64,000 nt of DNA from an uncultured Gemmatimonadales bacterium (GTDB lineage: Bacteria; Gemmatimonadota; Gemmatimonadetes; Longimicrobiales; Longimicrobiaceae): positions 7,744,001 to 7,808,000 of the forward strand of contig OY970303.1 of assembly GCA_963716255.1 (NCBI GenBank), written 5' to 3'. The translations under genes and the position numbers were made by a program. Position 1 is the stretch's first letter. Each line of letters begins with the position of its first letter. Under the pieces are notes generated by a model, which saw only the letters and a list, made by a program, of their open reading frames with translations, was not told where the DNA came from and did not search any database. Below, piece by piece: positions 59,406 to 64,000 of this stretch.

Positions 59406-59999
59406 GTGCTCCCCGAGCGCAGGGTATCGCCGCTCGCCATCGACCTGACGCTCCTCCACCGGCGCTCCATCACCTCGCTCTTCAGCAACCTGGTGACCCG
59501 CCCCACGGGGCGGGCCGTCCGGACAGGGGTGGAGAGCCAGATCGCGGAGATGGACGGGGAGCACTCCGTGTGCCTGTCGGTGCTGGACTTCTCGCAGGTG
59601 CGGGTGCTGGACTATTCCTGCGCGGACGAGATCGTGGCGAAGCTGCTCCTGCGCTACCTGGGCCCGGACCGCCCGGCCGAGGCCTTCTTCCTGTTCCGCG
59701 GCCTGCACGAGCACCACCGCGAGCCGGTGGAGGAGGTGCTGGAGCACCACGACATCCTCGCCGTGGCCGAGTTCGAGGAGGCGGGCTTCCAGCTCCTCGG
59801 CAAGGCCCACCCGGTGCAGCGCGGCTGCTGGGAGGCGACGCTCCGCGCCGGCCGCGCCTCGGCGGCGGAGGTGGCGGCGGCGGCGGGGATGGTGGCGGAC
59901 GCGGCCGCGGCGGTGCTCGGGGGGCTGGCGGCGCGCCGGGTGGTGATCGCCTACCGGGACGGGACCTTCTGCTCGCTGCCGCACTTTCTCCAGGAGTGA
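59406..59999 (+). CDS. STAS-like (DUF4325-like) domain + putative winged-helix protein
   Basis: LVTRPTGRAVR, LDFSQVRVLDYSCADEIVAKL; C-terminal SAAEVAAAAG...LAARRVV. Confidence 0.65.
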   Translation: MLPERRVSPLAIDLTLLHRRSITSLFSNLVTRPTGRAVRTGVESQIAEMDGEHSVCLSVLDFSQVRVLDYSCADEIVAKLLLRYLGPDRPAEAFFLFRGLHEHHREPVEEVLEHHDILAVAEFEEAGFQLLGKAHPVQRGCWEATLRAGRASAAEVAAAAGMVADAAAAVLGGLAARRVVIAYRDGTFCSLPHFLQE

Positions 60000-60000
60000 G

Positions 60001-61170
60001 ATGACGCCAGAGCTGCGCTCGGCCGGCCTGTCCACGCGCGCCGTGCACGCCGGCGACCCCGCCCGCGCGACGGACGCGCCGGTGAACACGCCCATCGTCC
60101 AGAGCTCCACCTTCTACGCGGACCCGGACGGGGCGGGGGAGCTGCTGTACTCGCGCTACGGCAACGGCCCCAACAACGTGGCGGTGGAGGAGCGCATCGC
60201 GGCGCTGGAGGGCGCGGAGGACTGCGTCGCCGTGGGGAGCGGGATGGCGGCCATGGCGTGCGCGCTGCTGGCGTGCGTGCGCGCGGGCGACCACGTGCTT
60301 GCTGCGGAGGCGCTGTACGGCGGGACGCGGACGCTGCTGGCGCGCGAGCTGTCGCGCCTGGGGGTGGAGTCCACCTTCGTGGACTTCTTCGCGGAGGACT
60401 GGCGCGGCGCGCTCCGCCCAAACACCCGTGTCCTGCTCGCGGAAACGGTCTCCAACCCGCTGCTGCGGGTGCCGGATCTGCGTCCGCTGGCGGCGGCGGC
60501 GCACGAGGCGGGGGCGGTGCTGGTGGTGGACTCCACCTTCGCGACGCCGGTGAACGCGCGCCCGCTGGAGAGCGGCGCGGACCTGGTGGTGCACAGCGCC
60601 ACCAAGTACCTGGGCGGCCACAGCGACCTCACGGCGGGCGCGGTGCTGGGCGGCGCGGAGCTCGTGGGCGAGGTGCGCAGGCGGGCGCAGGTGTGGGGCC
60701 CGGCGCTGGACCCGCACGCGGCGTGGCTGCTGGAGCGGGGGATCAAGACGCTGCCGCTGCGCATGGAGCGCCACAACCGCAACGGGCTGGAGGTGGCGCG
60801 CCGGGTGGAGGGGCTGGCGGGGGTGGCGCGGGTGCACTACCCGGGGCTCCCCTCGCACCCGGACCACGAGGTCGCGCGGCGGGTGCTGTGGGGCTTCGGG
60901 GGGATGGTGGGGATCGAGGTGGAGGGCGGGGGCGAGGCGGCGGGCCGGTTCGTGCGGGCGCTGCGCCTGGCCAAGCCGGCGCCCAGCCTGGGCGGGGTGG
61001 AGACGCTGGTCTCGGAGCCGCGCTTCACCTCGCACGCGGCGTTCACGCCGGCGGAAAGGGCATCGCTGGGGATCCGCGACGGCTTCTTCCGCTTCTCGCT
61101 GGGGATAGAGGACGCGGACGACCTCGTGGCGGACGTCGAGCAGGCGCTGGAGGCGATGCGCGGCGCGTGA
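60001..61170 (+). CDS. PLP-dependent transsulfuration enzyme (cystathionine gamma-synthase/lyase family)
   Basis: YSRYGN, SGMAA, DSTFATP, HSATKYLGGHSD, SLGGVETL. Confidence 0.92.
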   Translation: MTPELRSAGLSTRAVHAGDPARATDAPVNTPIVQSSTFYADPDGAGELLYSRYGNGPNNVAVEERIAALEGAEDCVAVGSGMAAMACALLACVRAGDHVLAAEALYGGTRTLLARELSRLGVESTFVDFFAEDWRGALRPNTRVLLAETVSNPLLRVPDLRPLAAAAHEAGAVLVVDSTFATPVNARPLESGADLVVHSATKYLGGHSDLTAGAVLGGAELVGEVRRRAQVWGPALDPHAAWLLERGIKTLPLRMERHNRNGLEVARRVEGLAGVARVHYPGLPSHPDHEVARRVLWGFGGMVGIEVEGGGEAAGRFVRALRLAKPAPSLGGVETLVSEPRFTSHAAFTPAERASLGIRDGFFRFSLGIEDADDLVADVEQALEAMRGA

Positions 61171-61224
61171 CGCGCGGGGCGGGCGAGGCGCGATGGCTGC
61201 GAAACGGCGACCCGGAGAGGGCGT

Positions 61225-61959
61225 ATGGCGGCTGGAGCGGTGAAGGAAGGGGTGCGGCGCCTGGTGCGGCAGCTGGGGGTGGACGTGGTCACGTACCCGC
61301 GGTGGAACACCACACCCTGGGCGCTCAGGAAGCTCCTCCCGCAGCTCGGGGTGGACTGCGTGCTGGACGTGGGCGCGCACTACGGCGAGTTCGGCGCCAC
61401 GCTGCGGGGGATCGGGTACCGGGGGGAGATCGTTTCTTTCGAGCCCATCCCGGAAAGCTTCGCGCGGCTCCGCGAGCGATGCTCGGCCGACCCGAAGTGG
61501 CGCGCGCTTCCCCTGGCGATCGGCTCCGAGGACGGGGAGCTCCCCATCCACGTGACCGCCGGAACGGAGTTCGCATCCTTCCTCGCGCCGGACGCTGGCG
61601 CCTGGCGCGAGTACCGGGACGCGATGCGCGTGGAGCGGACGGAGGTGGTACCGGTCCGCCGGCTGGACGCGGTCCTCGACGAAGCCCTGGCCGGGCTGGA
61701 CGGCCGCCGCATCTTCCTGAAGTCGGACACGCAGGGATACGACCTGCGCGTGGTCGAGGGCGCGGGCGAGCGGATGCGCGACGTGCTGGGTTTGCAGGCG
61801 GAGCTGCCGGTGAAGCCGCTCTACCACGGGATGCCGGGGTTCACGGAGGCGCTGGCGTACCTGGAGGGGCTGGGCCTGGAGCTGTTCGGCCTGTACCCGG
61901 TGAACCACGACGGCGACGGCCGCGTGATCGAGTTCGACTGCATGATGCGGAGAGGATGA
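61225..61959 (+). CDS. FkbM family methyltransferase
   Basis: LDVGAHYGE, SFEP, RRLD, LKSDTQGYD. Confidence 0.9.
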   Translation: MAAGAVKEGVRRLVRQLGVDVVTYPRWNTTPWALRKLLPQLGVDCVLDVGAHYGEFGATLRGIGYRGEIVSFEPIPESFARLRERCSADPKWRALPLAIGSEDGELPIHVTAGTEFASFLAPDAGAWREYRDAMRVERTEVVPVRRLDAVLDEALAGLDGRRIFLKSDTQGYDLRVVEGAGERMRDVLGLQAELPVKPLYHGMPGFTEALAYLEGLGLELFGLYPVNHDGDGRVIEFDCMMRRG

Positions 61960-62987
61960 GCGAAACGGCAGGCGGAGCGGGGTCCGCGGAGCACGCGGGG
62001 ACGACGCTGGACATCGCGGTGGTGGGGGCGGGGCCCTGCGGGATCGCCGTGGGGATCGCGGCGCGGGAGCGCGGGCTGAGCTGCGCGCTCTTCGACCGGG
62101 GCGGGGTGACGCAGGGGATGATGGACCACCCCACCTACACCACCTACTTCAGCGGGCCGGAGAAGCTGGAGCTGGCGGACGTCCCCTTCACCACGGCGGG
62201 GGACAAGCCCACCCGGCGCGAGGCGCTGCGCTACTACCGCAAGGTGGTGGCGTACTTCGGGGTGGACGTGCGGCAGTACGAGGACGTGCTCGCCGTGGAG
62301 GGAAAGCTCGGCGATTTCCTGCTTCGCACGCGGCGCGGCGACGGCACGGAGCACGAGCACCGGGCCCGGAACGTGGCGGTGGCCACCGGCTACTACGACA
62401 CGCCGCGGCGCCTGGGCGTCCCCGGGGAGGAGCTCCCCAAGGTGGTGCACTACTTCAGGGACCCGTACCCGTACTTCGACCAGGACGTGGTGGTGGTGGG
62501 CGGGGGGAACTCGGCGGCGGACGCGGCGCTGACCGTGTGGCGCGAGGGGGCGCGGGTGACGGTGGTGCACCTGTTCGACGAGCTGGACCGCGGGGTGAAG
62601 CCCTGGGTGCGACCGGACATCGACAACCGCATCGCGGAGGGCTCCATCCCCGCGCTCTGGCGGCACCGGGTGGTGGAGGTGCGCTGGCGCGAGGTGGTGG
62701 TGGAGAGCCTGGACACGGGCGAGCGGCGCACGCTCCCCAACGACTGGGTGCTGGCGATGACGGGGTACGTCCCCGACCCGGTGCTCCTGCGCTCGCTGGG
62801 CGTCCCCATCGACCCGGCGACGGGGATCCCCGCGCACGACCCCGGCACCATGCAGACCCCGGTGCCGGGGGTGTACCTGGCCGGGGTGGTGGCCGCCGGG
62901 AACGACGCCAACAAGATCTTCATCGAGAACGGCAAGCTGCACGGCCCGCTGATCGCCGCTTCGGTGGCGGCGGGGCGGGGCGGGTGA
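61956..62987 (+). CDS. YpdA-like FAD-dependent disulfide reductase
   Basis: VGAGPCG, KPTRREALRYY, ATGYYD, GGGNSAADAA, IFIENG. Confidence 0.85.
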   Translation: MSETAGGAGSAEHAGTTLDIAVVGAGPCGIAVGIAARERGLSCALFDRGGVTQGMMDHPTYTTYFSGPEKLELADVPFTTAGDKPTRREALRYYRKVVAYFGVDVRQYEDVLAVEGKLGDFLLRTRRGDGTEHEHRARNVAVATGYYDTPRRLGVPGEELPKVVHYFRDPYPYFDQDVVVVGGGNSAADAALTVWREGARVTVVHLFDELDRGVKPWVRPDIDNRIAEGSIPALWRHRVVEVRWREVVVESLDTGERRTLPNDWVLAMTGYVPDPVLLRSLGVPIDPATGIPAHDPGTMQTPVPGVYLAGVVAAGNDANKIFIENGKLHGPLIAASVAAGRGG

Positions 62988-63103
62988 GGGAGCCCGCACC
63001 GGCGCGGATCCTGCACGACGGCGACGGGTACGATGCGCGTCCACCGGCGCGGATCGGCTTCCCGGCCGCCGGGAAAACTCCGAATTCCTCCCCGACCCCG
63101 ACG

Positions 63104-63727
63104 ATGAAGAGACTCCTCACCGCATTCGGCATCCTGGCGCTGGCTGCCTGCTATTCGTCCGCCCCGCCGCCGCAGCCGGCGGCTCCGCAGCTGCCCTGGG
63201 TGCCCACGCCGCCGGTGTACGCGCTGATCGGGGAGCGCCAGGAGCTGAACCTGACCTCGGTGCAGGTGACGGCGCTGGATTCCATCGGGGTGGCCCTGGC
63301 GGCGAGCAACAACCCGGCGCTGACGCAGATCCAGGCGCTGCAGCCCTCGGGCGGCTTCCGCCGGACCAGCGCCGCGGACGTGGAAAAGGCGCGCCCGCTG
63401 ATCGACTCCATCCGCGAGAACAACCGCCGCGCGCAGGAGGCGGTGCGGGTGCTGCTCACGGAGCAGCAGCGCACCGGCGTGTGCAGGATGTACGCGCCGG
63501 ACCGGGCGGAGCAGCGCCGCCGCGAGAACGCGCAGCGCCAGGCCCGGGAGATGCCGCGCGGCCGCTTCGAGTCGGACACGGTGATGGCCGCCAGCCTGTT
63601 CAGCGGCCCCTGGAGCTTCTGCAACCGCCCGCGGGGCACCGCCGCGGACAGCGCCGCGCGCGCCGCCCGCGCCGACAGCGCTTCGCGGGCTGCCCGCCCG
63701 GACACCGTGCGCCGCACGACGCCGTAG
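63104..63727 (+). CDS. Hypothetical lipoprotein, helical
   Basis: MKRLLTAFGILALAAC lipobox; ELNLTSVQ and LLTEQQR resemble Spy/CpxP LTxxQ motifs. Confidence 0.7.
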   Translation: MKRLLTAFGILALAACYSSAPPPQPAAPQLPWVPTPPVYALIGERQELNLTSVQVTALDSIGVALAASNNPALTQIQALQPSGGFRRTSAADVEKARPLIDSIRENNRRAQEAVRVLLTEQQRTGVCRMYAPDRAEQRRRENAQRQAREMPRGRFESDTVMAASLFSGPWSFCNRPRGTAADSAARAARADSASRAARPDTVRRTTP

Positions 63728-63885
63728 CGGCCGGCAGGGTACCGGCGGGGAGCGCCCGGCGCGGATCATTCCGCGCCGGGCGCTTGGCTTTTTCCGTTGC
63801 CGCAGGGGGTGCGCGTCGGGGCGGGTCGAGCTGAACTGCGGCGCGCTCCGGGTATGGGGTCGGCCGGGGAGAGGGGGCCTGCCGT

Positions 63886-64000
63886 CGCGTGAGGGATTTC
63901 GGCCCGAAGGGGCGAGACCCGGCGGGGCTGTTTCCGCCGGGGCTCGACTCCGTTACGCACGGTTGTTTCGTGCGTTACGGAGCCGAAGCCCGACCCTGGC
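63886..64000 (-). repeat. Structured repeat family A, copy 9 (truncated by window edge)
   Basis: Variable stem ACGCACG/CGTGCGT; preceded by partial family D at 63843-63880. Confidence 0.92.

Noticed and set aside
62998..63055. Direct repeat ACCGGCGCGGATC twice
   Set aside because: Short and GC-rich with no further structure; chance cannot be excluded

Overview
Very GC-rich bacterial chromosome segment; gene content suggests Gemmatimonadota (inference). Mostly housekeeping: pit/DUF47 divergent from pstSCAB-phoU, an IDH-family dehydrogenase, an acyl-CoA dehydrogenase, a five-tRNA operon with RNase P RNA embedded, a Wsp-like chemosensory cluster, mfd-PPIases-pdxA-ftsEX-envC-holB-moaC, lepA, sugar kinases, cyclophilin and a YpdA-like reductase. 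Stand-out items: (1) a five-gene operon (12048-18079) with two asparagine-synthetase-like ligases lacking the glutaminase Cys, flanking a membrane-anchored Zn-ribbon protein with Spo11/TopoVI-A-like motifs, plus a membrane-anchored beta-rich protein and a cupin; (2) dispersed structured repeats with compensatory covariation, two families sharing a GAGCC-stem-AAACNGCC-stem-GTCTC hairpin, one cluster lying in frame within a lipoprotein signal peptide; (3) a tRNA-Leu with the rare anticodon AAG; (4) a compositionally atypical NDT-like gene after tRNA-Arg(CCG). All calls are by eye from motifs; no searches were run.
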